Source of the DNA: Myxococcota bacterium
GTDB taxonomy: Bacteria > Myxococcota_A > UBA9042 > PHBI01 > JAWLBL01
Length of the DNA: 64,000 nt
NCBI GenBank assembly: GCA_041687695.1
Contig: JAWLBL010000013.1
Location: 32,001 to 96,000, forward strand
Reading direction: 5' to 3'
Positions within the stretch are counted from its first letter, which is position 1. Each line of letters starts with the position of its first letter. The notes beneath the pieces were generated by a model. The model saw nothing but the letters and a program-made list of their open reading frames with translations. It searched no databases and had not been told where the DNA came from. Of the stretch, positions 42,415-52,022 are shown piece after piece. A program made the position numbers and the translations under genes.

Positions 42415-43386
42415 CTATGCGAAGCGGGCGTCGGACATCGCGAGGCGCTCGGCCTCCTTGATGATGTGGTCGGCCACGGTCGTGATGGCCTCGGCGCCGA
42501 ACTCGTCGGCGAAGAGGTAGGGGATCTCGACGGCGGGCATCTTCACGCGAAGGCGCAGCTCGTCGAGGTAGAACTCCTGCAGGGCGCGGCGCTCGGCCAT
42601 CGACGAGGCGCAGTCGAGGGCGCCGTGCACGAGGGCGGCGTTGCGCGGGGTCTCGTCGCGCAGCGTGGCGAGCAGCTCGCGCTCGCGGTCGTTGGCGATG
42701 GACGGCCACACCCGGTTGACGAAGAGGTACCCCTTGGGGATGCCCAGGACCGTGTCGATCTGGTGCTGGAGATCGAGGGTCTCTCGGACGGGCATCTCCT
42801 CGGGCAGGGTCACGATGTTCATGACGGTGCGGCGTGGGTCCGTCAGCAGATCCTGCATCAGCCGCGTCTCGTCGGCCATCGGCCCCGACGTGATGACCTC
42901 GAGGATGACCTGCGGCAGGCGCAGGAGGCTCACGCCGTGGCCGGTGGCCGGCGCGTCCACGATGATCATGTCCCAGACGGGCCGCCCGGCGCGGTCGCGC
43001 TCGCGCTCGAGGTTGAAGGCCTTGCCGAGCAGCAGCAGCTCGTTCATGCCGGGGATCATGCGCAGCAGGCGCTTCATCGCCTCGTTCTCGAAGATCATCT
43101 CGAAGATCTTCTCGAACCTCAGCTTCATCAGGCCGTACTCGCGCAGGGCGGGCTCGGGGCTGATGTTGATGCTGTACAGGTTCTTCGCGATGAGCTGGGG
43201 CGTGTAGCCGCCGGGCGCCTTGCCGAAGAACAGGGGCGCCTTCTCGCGCGTGTTGAGCTCGGCGATGATGGTGCGCTTGCCCCGCCGCGCGGCGGCGAGG
43301 CCCAGAGCGGCGCAGAGCGTGCTCTTTCCGACGCCGCCCTTGCCCGCGACGATCACGAAGCGTTTCTGAAAGAAGCTGGCTTCCAT
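42415..43386 (-). CDS. ArsA/Get3-like ATPase (single domain)
   Basis: GKGGVGKST, IPGMNELL, VDAPATGH, VTLPEEMPVRET. Confidence 0.9.
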   Translation of the reverse strand: MEASFFQKRFVIVAGKGGVGKSTLCAALGLAAARRGKRTIIAELNTREKAPLFFGKAPGGYTPQLIAKNLYSINISPEPALREYGLMKLRFEKIFEMIFENEAMKRLLRMIPGMNELLLLGKAFNLERERDRAGRPVWDMIIVDAPATGHGVSLLRLPQVILEVITSGPMADETRLMQDLLTDPRRTVMNIVTLPEEMPVRETLDLQHQIDTVLGIPKGYLFVNRVWPSIANDRERELLATLRDETPRNAALVHGALDCASSMAERRALQEFYLDELRLRVKMPAVEIPYLFADEFGAEAITTVADHIIKEAERLAMSDARFA

Positions 43387-43595
43387 GGGCGAGCGCACCA
43401 TAGAGGCAAGCGCCCGCGACGGCAACGACTACCGCGCGGGCCGCCGGCGTCGGTCATCCGGCGGCTTCGGGCCCAGCGGCCGGCGCCCGAGGGGTGACCC
43501 GTGGGTTGAAATGCCCGCGCGCGTGGGCTACTGAGCCCCCGCCCCGTCTCAGCGGTCCGACCGAGCGACGGGGCCCCAGCCGTAGAGGTCGCCGC

Positions 43596-45050
43596 ATGTA
43601 TCGTCCCCTCGTCGTCGCGCTCGCGCTCGCCGCCCTGTCCGCCAGCGGCTGCAACAAGCCCCGCAAGGTCGTGCTGACCAAGCAGCAGAGCGAGCAGATC
43701 CAGCAGTCCATCCTGAGCGAGGCGCCCACCCCGCAGAAGCCCATCGGGGCCGTGTTCGACGGCGGCATCGAGCTCATCGGCGTCGATCTGTCGGCCGCCA
43801 CGGTCAAGGCGGGCGAGAGCTTCGACGTGACCTGGTACTGGAAGGCCGGCCAGACCTCGGCCGACGCCGGGTGGAAGCTCTTCGTGCACTTCGAGGCGCC
43901 GGGCAAGCGGCGCACGACCCACGACCACCACGCCATCGGAGAGCTGCACCCCATCGCGCGCTGGGAGCCGGGGCAGATCATCAAGGACGTGCAGCGCATC
44001 AGCGTCCCCAAGGACTTCCCGAACGGCGAGGCCAAGCTGTACGTCGGCGTCTTCGACGAGAAGGCCTACCGCGAGCGGCAGCAGAACGTCCGCATGACGG
44101 TCACCAACGCCGACCCGAGCAAGGTGGTCCTCGACGGCGACGGGCGCCTGCTGGGCGGCGTCATCACCGTCGAAGGCTCGACCGCGCCGGCCGCGGGCAA
44201 GAAGGCCGAGGCCGCGCGCCGCCACGCCGCCCCCAAGGCCACCGGGCCCATCACCATCGACGGCAAGCTCGACGAGGAGTCCTGGCGCCGCGCCCGACCG
44301 ACGCAGCCCTTCGTGCAGCCGCACGGGCAGCGCCTCGAGCCGCGCTACCTGACCCAGGCCCGCATGACCTGGGACGACCAGCACCTGTACGTCGCCTTCG
44401 TGAGCCGCGACGACGACATCTGGAACGACCAGACCGGCCGCGACGCGACCCTGTGGAAGCAGGACGTGGTCGAGATCTACCTCGACCCGGGCGAGGACGG
44501 CCGCGACTACGTCGAGCTGCAGGTCTCGCCCACCGGCGAGATCTTCGACGCCCACTTCTCGACCCGCCGCCAGCCCGACTGGCCCGAGGCCGCGCGCCGC
44601 CTGACGCTGAGCGGCATGAAGGTCGCCATCGACGCGCAGGGCTCGGTCAACAGCCGCGACGGCGACGCCGACAAGATGTGGACGGCCGAGATCGCCATCC
44701 CCTGGGCCGAGCTGCCCGGCGTGGAGGGCGCGCCGGCCGTCGGCGCCACCTGGGGCGTGAACTTCTACCGCATCGACGTCGCCTCGCCGTCGCGCGGCGG
44801 CTTCATGGGCGCCTGGGCGCCCGCGGGCGGCGACTTCCACAACACGGCGGCCTTCGGCAAGGTCTCGTTCGTCGAGAACACGCCGCGCGCCGCCATCCGC
44901 GGGCGCGTGTCGCAGGACGGCCCGAAGGGGGACGACGAGCCCGAGGGTGAGGCGCCCGCCGAGCCGAAGTCGGGGACCGTCGCGCCGGGCGAGGGCCAGG
45001 GCGAGGAGAAGGCTCCGGCCGGCGAAGCCCCGTCGGCGCCGACGCCCTGA
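43596..45050 (+). CDS. Lipoprotein with carbohydrate-binding family 9-like domain
   Basis: ASGC lipobox; ITIDGKLDEESW, WDDQHLYVAF, DVVEIYLDP, WTAEIAIPW, NFYR. Confidence 0.85.
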   Translation: MYRPLVVALALAALSASGCNKPRKVVLTKQQSEQIQQSILSEAPTPQKPIGAVFDGGIELIGVDLSAATVKAGESFDVTWYWKAGQTSADAGWKLFVHFEAPGKRRTTHDHHAIGELHPIARWEPGQIIKDVQRISVPKDFPNGEAKLYVGVFDEKAYRERQQNVRMTVTNADPSKVVLDGDGRLLGGVITVEGSTAPAAGKKAEAARRHAAPKATGPITIDGKLDEESWRRARPTQPFVQPHGQRLEPRYLTQARMTWDDQHLYVAFVSRDDDIWNDQTGRDATLWKQDVVEIYLDPGEDGRDYVELQVSPTGEIFDAHFSTRRQPDWPEAARRLTLSGMKVAIDAQGSVNSRDGDADKMWTAEIAIPWAELPGVEGAPAVGATWGVNFYRIDVASPSRGGFMGAWAPAGGDFHNTAAFGKVSFVENTPRAAIRGRVSQDGPKGDDEPEGEAPAEPKSGTVAPGEGQGEEKAPAGEAPSAPTP

Positions 45051-45053
45051 CGC

Positions 45054-45860
45054 GTGGCCGCCTCCGAGCACAGAGCCCCCGATCTGGCGCGCCTCGAGCG
45101 CATCATGGCGCGCCTGCGGGGCGAGGGCGGCTGCCCGTGGGACCGCGAGCAGACGCTCGCGTCGCTGCAGCGCTATCTGGTCGAGGAGGCCTACGAGGTC
45201 CTCGACGTGATGGCGGGCGAGGACCCGGCCGAGCACCGCGAGGAGCTGGGCGATCTGCTGTTCCAGATCGTGTTCCAGTCGCAGATCCGCCGCGAGCAGG
45301 GCGCCTTCGTCCTGGCTGACGTGGTCGACGACATCAGCGACAAGCTCGAGCGGCGCCACCCGCACGTCTTCGGTGACGAGTCGGCGGCCGACGCCGGCGC
45401 GGTCGCGGCCCGCTGGGAAGAGCTCAAGAAGGCCGAGGGCAAGGGCACCTTCGACGGCATCCCGCGGGCGCTGCCGGCGCTGATGCGGGCCGAGAAGGTC
45501 GGCAAGAAGGCCTCGCGCCTGGGCTTCGACTGGCCGGACGTCGAGGGGCCGCTCGCCAAGCTGGACGAGGAGCTGGCCGAGCTGCGGCAGGCCATCGCCA
45601 GCGGAGACGCCACGGCCGCCGCCGCCGAGCTGGGCGATCTGCTGTTCAGCGTGGTCAACGTCGCCCGGCACCTGAAGGCCGACCCCGAGGCCGCGCTCGA
45701 TCGCACCACCGAGCGGTTCCTCGCGCGCTTCCGCTACATCGAGCGGCGCCTCGCCGAGACCGGCCGCCGCCCCGAGGACACGAGCCTCGACGCGCTCGAC
45801 GCCCTGTGGAACGAAGCGAAGGCCGCGCTCGCCGGCGGGACGGCGCCCGAGGGCGCCTGA
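45054..45860 (+). CDS. mazG: Nucleoside triphosphate pyrophosphohydrolase
   Basis: GCPWDREQT, EEAYE, EELGDLLFQ, RRHPHVFG, GFDW. Confidence 0.96.
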   Translation: MAASEHRAPDLARLERIMARLRGEGGCPWDREQTLASLQRYLVEEAYEVLDVMAGEDPAEHREELGDLLFQIVFQSQIRREQGAFVLADVVDDISDKLERRHPHVFGDESAADAGAVAARWEELKKAEGKGTFDGIPRALPALMRAEKVGKKASRLGFDWPDVEGPLAKLDEELAELRQAIASGDATAAAAELGDLLFSVVNVARHLKADPEAALDRTTERFLARFRYIERRLAETGRRPEDTSLDALDALWNEAKAALAGGTAPEGA

Positions 45861-45909
45861 CTCCGCTGCGGGCGCCCGCCCTCTGTACGACGCCGTCCGA
45901 GGTCCGTCC

Positions 45910-47511
45910 GTGACGACCGAACCGACGCCCCAGGCCGACGGGCACGCCGCCCGACGCCGATCGCTGCTCCGGTCCGCCGGCGTGATGACGGTCATGACCC
46001 TCGTCAGCCGCGTGCTGGGCCTGGTCCGCGAGCAGGTGCGCGCGCTCTACCTCGGGACCGGGGCCGCCTCGGACGCCTTCGGGCTGGCCAGCACCATCCC
46101 GAACCTGTTCCGGCAGCTGGTCGCCGAAGGCGCGATGACCGCCGCCTTCCTGCCGGTCTTCACCGAGTACCTGAAGAAGGCGGGCGCCCGCGAGACGCGC
46201 GAGTTCCTGTCGCGCTTTCTGACCCTGCTGACCCTGGCGGTGACGGGGCTCACCGTCCTGGGCATCGTCCTGACGCCCTGGATCATCGAGACCTTCTTCG
46301 CGGGCCTGGGTGAGGTCGAGCTGACCATCACCCTGACCCAGCTGATGTGGCCCTACCTGCTGTTCGTCACGCTGGCGGCCGCCTTCCAGGCCATCCTCAA
46401 CGCCCACAAGATCTTCGGCCCCTCGGCCTTCACCCCGGTGCTGCTGAACCTGTGCATCATCGGCTTCGGCGTCGCGCTGGCGCACCAGTTCGACAACGCC
46501 GCCTACGGCCTGGTCATCGGCTTCGTCGTGGGCGGCGTCGTCCAGATGGCCTTTCAGATCCCGTACATCTCGCGCCACACCGCGGTGCGCGTCCGCCCCG
46601 ACTTCCACTTCCGCGACCCGGGCGTCCGCCGCGTCCTCGTCACCATGGCGCCGGGGGTCTTCGCGGCGGGCATCTACCAGATCAACGTCTTCGTCAGCCA
46701 GCTCATCGCCTCGACCCTGCGCGACGGCGCCATCGCCGCCCTCCAGTACAGCATCCGCTTGCAGGAGCTGGTCCTCGGCCTGTTCGTCGTCTCGGTCGCG
46801 CAGGTCATCCTGCCCACCCTGTCCGAGCAGACCGCCACCGACGACCGCGAGGGCGTCAAGGACACGCTCGAGTACGCGACCGGGCTGATGGCCTTCGTGA
46901 CCCTGCCCGCGACCCTGGGCCTCATCCTGGTCGGCCCCGAGATCGTCCGGCTGCTCTTCCAGTTCGGCGCCTTCGACGCGCGCTCGACCGAGCGGACCAG
47001 CTTCGCCCTGTACTTCCACGCGGCCGGCCTGCTGGCCATCGCGCTCACCCGCGTCTACCAGCAGGCCTTCTACGCCCACAAGGATCTCAAGACCCCGACG
47101 CTGGTCGCCGCCATCGTGATGGTGACCAACATCGTCCTGTGCCTCGTCCTGGCCGTCCCGCTCGAGCACGGCGGCATCGCGCTGGCCGGCAGCCTGGCCG
47201 CGACCCTCAACGGTGCGCTCCTCTTGTGGTTCCTGCGCCGCCGCCTGGGGCGCCTGCACGGCCGCGCCATCGTCCGCCGTGTGGCGCGGCTGGGCGTGGC
47301 GACCGCCGTGATGACCGTGGCCGTGCTGGGCTGGGAGGCCCTGTGGCCGGCCGACGGCATCGACAGCCGGCCGCTGCTGGCGCTGTGGGTGCTGGGCGTG
47401 TGCGGCTGGGCCGCCGTGGTCTACCTGGTGGCCTGCCGCGCCCTGAAGGTCGACGAGCTGCAGGGCGTGTTCAAGGCCCTGGCGCGTCGCTTCAGGCGCA
47501 AGAAGAAGTAG
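45910..47511 (+). CDS. murJ: Lipid II flippase
   Basis: SRVLGLVRE, IPNLFRQLVAEGA, FYAHKDLKTP; many TMs. Confidence 0.95.
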   Translation: MTTEPTPQADGHAARRRSLLRSAGVMTVMTLVSRVLGLVREQVRALYLGTGAASDAFGLASTIPNLFRQLVAEGAMTAAFLPVFTEYLKKAGARETREFLSRFLTLLTLAVTGLTVLGIVLTPWIIETFFAGLGEVELTITLTQLMWPYLLFVTLAAAFQAILNAHKIFGPSAFTPVLLNLCIIGFGVALAHQFDNAAYGLVIGFVVGGVVQMAFQIPYISRHTAVRVRPDFHFRDPGVRRVLVTMAPGVFAAGIYQINVFVSQLIASTLRDGAIAALQYSIRLQELVLGLFVVSVAQVILPTLSEQTATDDREGVKDTLEYATGLMAFVTLPATLGLILVGPEIVRLLFQFGAFDARSTERTSFALYFHAAGLLAIALTRVYQQAFYAHKDLKTPTLVAAIVMVTNIVLCLVLAVPLEHGGIALAGSLAATLNGALLLWFLRRRLGRLHGRAIVRRVARLGVATAVMTVAVLGWEALWPADGIDSRPLLALWVLGVCGWAAVVYLVACRALKVDELQGVFKALARRFRRKKK

Positions 47512-47523
47512 GTCCCGGTCCGA

Positions 47524-49005
47524 TCAGAAGTGCACGCCGAGGCTGGCGCTGATGGTCTGGTAGAAGGTCTCGTACTTGCCGGCGTTGACCACGATGCCCT
47601 GGTACTCGCCCTGGGTGGCCTCGTCCCAGCCCGCCGGCGCGGGGATCTCGCTGAGGGGGCGCTCCATGCGCACCTGCGCCTGGTCGACGGAGACCTCGCG
47701 GTCGGGCTGGAAGACCGCCTGGTAGGCCACGGACAGGTCGACCGGGCCGAGCTGGAGGGTGGCGCCCAGCGCGCCGCCGAGGCGCTCGAAGTTGGTGAAG
47801 TCCAGGTTGGTGTAGCGGGCCGGGACGGCCGCCGTCTCGAAGAAGGCGCCGCCGCGCAGGGTCAGGAAGTTCTGCAAGACGTTCCAGTCGCCGCCCAGGC
47901 GCACCGCGACCGTGTCGTTGTACCGCTTGGGCAGCTTGACCGGGGCGACGTCCTGCAGCGGGTTCGTCTCGGGGTTGCCGAGCTTGAGCTTGCCGCCGAA
48001 GACCACCTCGTAGTTCTCGAGCACGCTCCAGCGCTCGTAGACGACGTCCAGCTCGATGTCGAAGACCTCGTCGCCCCCCGGCGACAGGTGGATGTAGCGC
48101 GCGCCGCCCCGAATCCACGGCGCCAGCTTGAGGTTCAAGGTCACGCTCTCGTCGCGCGTGACGCCGTCGTCCTCGAACAGCCCGAACACCCCGTTGTCGT
48201 AAAGGCTCTGCACGCCCTTGGCCGGGAAGTTCAGCGTCACCTTCCCGTCGGGGTTGAGGTCGACCGGGAACGGCCGCGTCGAGATGCCCGCCTCGAAGCG
48301 CGGCGACGGCCGGAAGTGCACCCCGAAGATGGCCGCGAACGCGGCGTAGTCCGACAGGTCCAGGCTGGACTGGGCGAGGTAGGGAGACGTCTCCTTCTGG
48401 TCGTTCTGGCTGCTCGGCGCGGCGTCCACCGTCAGCCCGAAGCGCGCCGTCGGCATCATCACGTACTGCACCGACGCGCCGACGCTCAGCACCTTGCTGA
48501 TGCTGAAGGCGCCCGAGGCCGTGACGTAGCCCAGCAGCACGTCTTCGTCGGTCAGCATGAACCGCTGGGGGCCGTCCGCCGGGAACTTGCGCTTGCCGTA
48601 GGCGCCCGGTCCATAGACGCCGAAGCCGACGCCCCAGCGCTCGGCCCCGAAGCCCCAGGCCAACGCGGGCGCCGGGAACCAGCCCTCTTCGTTCTCGACC
48701 GTCGCGCTGTCGTAGATCCCGCTCGGGTTGTCCGGCGAGGCGATGAGATCGTCGATGCCCGTCCGCGTGTAGCGCAGGTCGAGCTTGTTCAGGTTCATGC
48801 TCAGCAGCAGCTGGTGGCCGCCGAAGGTGACCAGGCCCGCCGGGTTGTAGTGGATGGCCATCGGGTCGTCGGCCCGGGCGACGAAGGCGCCGGCGCGTCC
48901 GAGCGCGCGGCTGCCGTTCTCGTTGTACTCGAAGCCGCCGGCGAGGGCGGGGGCCGAGGTGGCGAGGACGGCGAGGCTGGTCGAGGCGATGACGCGGCGC
49001 AGCAT
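47524..49005 (-). CDS. FadL/OmpP1-family outer-membrane transporter
   Basis: GGFEYNENGSRALGRAGA...DDPMAIHYNPAGL; C-terminal F. Confidence 0.9.
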   Translation of the reverse strand: MLRRVIASTSLAVLATSAPALAGGFEYNENGSRALGRAGAFVARADDPMAIHYNPAGLVTFGGHQLLLSMNLNKLDLRYTRTGIDDLIASPDNPSGIYDSATVENEEGWFPAPALAWGFGAERWGVGFGVYGPGAYGKRKFPADGPQRFMLTDEDVLLGYVTASGAFSISKVLSVGASVQYVMMPTARFGLTVDAAPSSQNDQKETSPYLAQSSLDLSDYAAFAAIFGVHFRPSPRFEAGISTRPFPVDLNPDGKVTLNFPAKGVQSLYDNGVFGLFEDDGVTRDESVTLNLKLAPWIRGGARYIHLSPGGDEVFDIELDVVYERWSVLENYEVVFGGKLKLGNPETNPLQDVAPVKLPKRYNDTVAVRLGGDWNVLQNFLTLRGGAFFETAAVPARYTNLDFTNFERLGGALGATLQLGPVDLSVAYQAVFQPDREVSVDQAQVRMERPLSEIPAPAGWDEATQGEYQGIVVNAGKYETFYQTISASLGVHF

Positions 49006-49121
49006 GAGACCCCCAGGGACGACGATGGCCCGGGAGTCATACCAGAGCGGCGCCGGCCCGCGAAAGGGCCCCCGGGGCGACGCTGCAAACTTCGGGCACC
49101 CGCAGCAGGGCGGCAGCGCGT

Positions 49122-50414
49122 TCAGGGCGTCGGCGCGGGCGCCTGGCGCGGCGTGTCGGTGGACTGCCGCGGGATGGGGCGCTCGGCCTGCGGCGGGCGG
49201 CGGCGCGGCGGGGCGAAGCGGATCGGGGGCGCCGTGGGGCGGTCTTGCGGCGGAGGCTCGAGGCGCGCCGAGGCGGGATCGTCCTGGGGCTCGGCCGCGG
49301 ACGGGGGAGCGGTCGCCGGGTGCGGGGCCTCGAGCGCCGGGCGGGTGCTGCGCAGGAGCGGGATCGCCGCCAACGCGGCGAGGGCCAGCGCGGCCAGGAT
49401 CAGGAGGGCCTTCGAGCGCGGGCGCCGGTCGGGGCGGCGCTCGCGCATGAGGTCGAGCTGCAGGGCGGCCCGGCGCAGGGCCTCCTGGCGACGGATCTCG
49501 GCCGGGGAGCCGGGCGGGCCGGGCGCGTCCTCGGGGGGCAGGTCGCGGAAGGTGCGCGACCAGGCGACGGGCGGGCCGGGGGTGCGCGTCTCGGGCAGGC
49601 CGATGGCGCCGAAGGGCTCGAGGGCGCGCTCGAGCTCGTCGGGGCGGGGGCGGTCGGCGGGGGCGGGTGAGAGGCTGGCCGTCAGGGTGCGCGCGAGCTG
49701 CAGGTCGGCCAGGGCCTCGACGGCGGGGAAGGGCTCGTGCTGCCCGTCGCGGACGCGGGCGTAGACGGCCAGGGTGCGGCCGCCGGCGCCGAAGGCCGGG
49801 TGGCCGGTCAGCCAGCGGAAGGTGAGGGCGGCGACCTGGAACACGTCCGTCGCCGGGCTGAGCGGTCGCTTGTGGAAGATCTCGGGCGGGACGAGCCCGG
49901 GGTTGGGGTACAGCTCGACGAAGCCAGGGACGGGCGGTGACAGGCGCTGGTCGGGCTGGCCGTCGGCCATGAGGGCGGCGCCGACGTCGTAGAGGACGGG
50001 GGCGCCGCCGTGGGTGAGGAGGATGCGCGAGGGCGTCAGGGCGCCATGGAACAGGCCGTCACGGTGCAGGGGCCGGAGCGCGCGCAGGACGCGATGGCCC
50101 AGGCCGAGCGCCTCATCGGGCGCGAGCATGCGGTTGATGCGGTCGGCCGGCCAGCCCTCGACGTCGGCGACCGCCAGGATCAGCTCGTCGCGGTCTTCAT
50201 GCCTCAGCAGGCGCGGCAGCCCGGGGTGCAGGGGGCCGCCGAGCGCCGTGACCAGCCGGGCGAAGGACGGGCGCAGGAGCGCGCGCGCCGCCTCGGGCGA
50301 GGTCGGCAGGAACCGGTAGACCAGCGCGCCGTCGGCGTCGCGGAAGAGCTGGTGGCCCGCGCTGCGGTCCAGCCAGGCGCGGACGTCATGGGACCCGAGC
50401 AGCACGGTGGGCAA
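49122..50414 (-). CDS. Membrane-anchored Ser/Thr kinase-fold protein, probable pseudokinase
   Basis: LHPGLPRL, HGALTPSRILL, YDVG, PPE, SPATDVFQ, PADRP, C-terminal TM; start uncertain. Confidence 0.7.
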   Translation of the reverse strand: MPTVLLGSHDVRAWLDRSAGHQLFRDADGALVYRFLPTSPEAARALLRPSFARLVTALGGPLHPGLPRLLRHEDRDELILAVADVEGWPADRINRMLAPDEALGLGHRVLRALRPLHRDGLFHGALTPSRILLTHGGAPVLYDVGAALMADGQPDQRLSPPVPGFVELYPNPGLVPPEIFHKRPLSPATDVFQVAALTFRWLTGHPAFGAGGRTLAVYARVRDGQHEPFPAVEALADLQLARTLTASLSPAPADRPRPDELERALEPFGAIGLPETRTPGPPVAWSRTFRDLPPEDAPGPPGSPAEIRRQEALRRAALQLDLMRERRPDRRPRSKALLILAALALAALAAIPLLRSTRPALEAPHPATAPPSAAEPQDDPASARLEPPPQDRPTAPPIRFAPPRRRPPQAERPIPRQSTDTPRQAPAPTP

Positions 50415-50449
50415 CCCTTGGCATCAGGTGGGGCCGGGCCCCAACGCAG

Positions 50450-50854
50450 TCACTGCGTGGACCGCCCTTCCTTGGTCTCCCAGAAGGCCTCGAGCTTCTC
50501 GGTGTCGATGCGCCACTGCCCGTCCTGCTGGACCATCAGGATCTTCTTCTTCTTGCCGCGCGTTCGCACCAGCAGGATGGCCTCGTCGCCCGCTTCGTTC
50601 GTCGTCACGTCCTCGACGGCGTCGAACACCAGCAGTTCGAACGGGTTCGCCTCGCGCAGGCCGTAGGCCTCGGAGAGCGAGATGAGCGCCTCGACCTGGG
50701 CCCGCGAGGTGTCGGTGAAGCCCTCGAGGAAGCCCTCGCGGTCACCGAGCATCGCGGCCGTGGTCATGTCCAGGTAGACCTCCTTGGGGCCACGGCTGCA
50801 CGCCGCGACGGCCAGGAGCGTCAGGGCCAACGCCGCCACACGCGTCCGCCTCAC
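50450..50854 (-). CDS. Small NTF2-like (DUF4878-like) lipoprotein
   Basis: VAAC lipobox; GDREGFLEGFTDTS...MVQQDGQWRID; GTG start coupled to upstream stop. Confidence 0.7.
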   Translation of the reverse strand: MRRTRVAALALTLLAVAACSRGPKEVYLDMTTAAMLGDREGFLEGFTDTSRAQVEALISLSEAYGLREANPFELLVFDAVEDVTTNEAGDEAILLVRTRGKKKKILMVQQDGQWRIDTEKLEAFWETKEGRSTQ

Positions 50855-51294
50855 AGGACCTCCCGATGGTGCAGCGGCGCCCAGAAGCCGTCGAGCGCCA
50901 GCGCGTCGATGACCCAGTGGCCCTTGTCCTTGAGCATGCGGATGGTCGCCTTGCGGTTCTTGTCCGCGACGTCGACGAGCGCGAGGTTGCCTCGGATGGT
51001 CACCTCGGTGATCTCGCCCGGAGGCAGCACCTCGAAGACGCTCTTGACGTAGCCGAGGCGACCGCGCGAGCGCTCCGCCGCGTCGTGCGCTCCGCGCAGC
51101 ACCTCGGCCGACGCGGGCGTGAAGAACAGGAGGAAGGCGTCGAGATCCTTGGCCTCGGCGGCGACGCGGGCCTCGGCGAGGCGCGCGTCGGGGGCTTCGG
51201 CGCAGGCCGTCGCGCCCGACAAGGCCATCAGCGCCAGCAGGCAGAGCGTCTGGCGCCACCGCGGAAGAAGAGGGCGTGGAGTTGCTCGCATCAT
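50851..51294 (-). CDS. Small NTF2-like (DUF4878-like) lipoprotein
   Basis: ATAC; KDLDAFLLFFTPAS...MLKDKGHWVID. Confidence 0.7.
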   Translation of the reverse strand: MMRATPRPLLPRWRQTLCLLALMALSGATACAEAPDARLAEARVAAEAKDLDAFLLFFTPASAEVLRGAHDAAERSRGRLGYVKSVFEVLPPGEITEVTIRGNLALVDVADKNRKATIRMLKDKGHWVIDALALDGFWAPLHHREVL

Positions 51295-51376
51295 GGGCCG
51301 ACAACCTAGCAGACTCGCGGAGGTTTGTCGCGTGGTGACGCGACCGTCGGACCGCGCTCGCGCGACCCTCGAGCGG

Positions 51377-51817
51377 TCAGAACCCGAGGCCGTATCCCAG
51401 CGTTCCGCGCTCGGTGTCGATGAGATCGATGCGCCAGGCCAGGGCTTGCCGGTGCAGGACGAGCCGGGCGGTCTGGGTGCCCTCGCGCACCGTGACCATG
51501 ACGCGCTCGCGGCCCTCGGTGTCGGGCGGCAGCGGCTGGACGCCCGTGACCTGGACGTCGCCGGCGGTGAGCTGGCCGAGCTCGGGCCGGCTCGCTGCGG
51601 CGATGCCGTAGTACAGGTCGAGCAGGGGGCGCGACCGGGGCGTGAACGCGCCGGCGTACCGCTCGAGGTCGCCGCTCGCGGCGGCCTCGACGGCGTGGCC
51701 GACGACGTCCTCGGGGCTCGAGCAGGCGGCGCCTCCGCTGGCTGCGACGAGCGCCGCGAGCGCGAAGGCGACGACCCTGGCCGCATGGGCGAGGCGTCTG
51801 GCCGGGGGTAAGGTCAT
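51377..51817 (-). CDS. Small NTF2-like (DUF4878-like) lipoprotein
   Basis: GAAC; GDLERYAGAFTPRS...LHRQALAWRID. Confidence 0.7.
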   Translation of the reverse strand: MTLPPARRLAHAARVVAFALAALVAASGGAACSSPEDVVGHAVEAAASGDLERYAGAFTPRSRPLLDLYYGIAAASRPELGQLTAGDVQVTGVQPLPPDTEGRERVMVTVREGTQTARLVLHRQALAWRIDLIDTERGTLGYGLGF

Positions 51818-51831
51818 GGTGAGGAAGGGGG

Positions 51832-51919
51832 TGGTGCGAGAGGGGGGACTTGAACCCCCACGAGCGCAATGCTCACTAGGCCCTCAACCTAGCGCGTCTA
51901 CCAATTCCGCCACTCTCGC
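51832..51919 (-). tRNA. tRNA-Leu (anticodon GAG)
   Basis: GCGAGAGTGGCGGAATTGGTAGACGCG CTAGG-TTGAGGG-CCTAG, long variable arm, GGGGGTTCAAGTCCCCC, TCTCGCACCA; located after secG. Confidence 0.97.
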
Positions 51920-51955
51920 GTTCTGGCCGCGGATTCCTCGCCGCGGTGGATTGGC

Positions 51956-51985
51956 GGGGTATCACCCCCGCCGGCTGGCCGTCAA
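51956..51985 (-). promoter_or_regulatory. Candidate tRNA promoter
   Basis: TTGACG-N18-TACCCC with extended TG. Confidence 0.5.
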
Positions 51986-52022
51986 CTGAAAAGAATCGGG
52001 TGAAAAGAATCGGGGCGTCGCC

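Noticed and set aside
51832..51860. Genomic island integrated at tRNA-Leu
   Set aside because: No duplicated tRNA 3' end or integrase was seen, and downstream genes have host-like composition.
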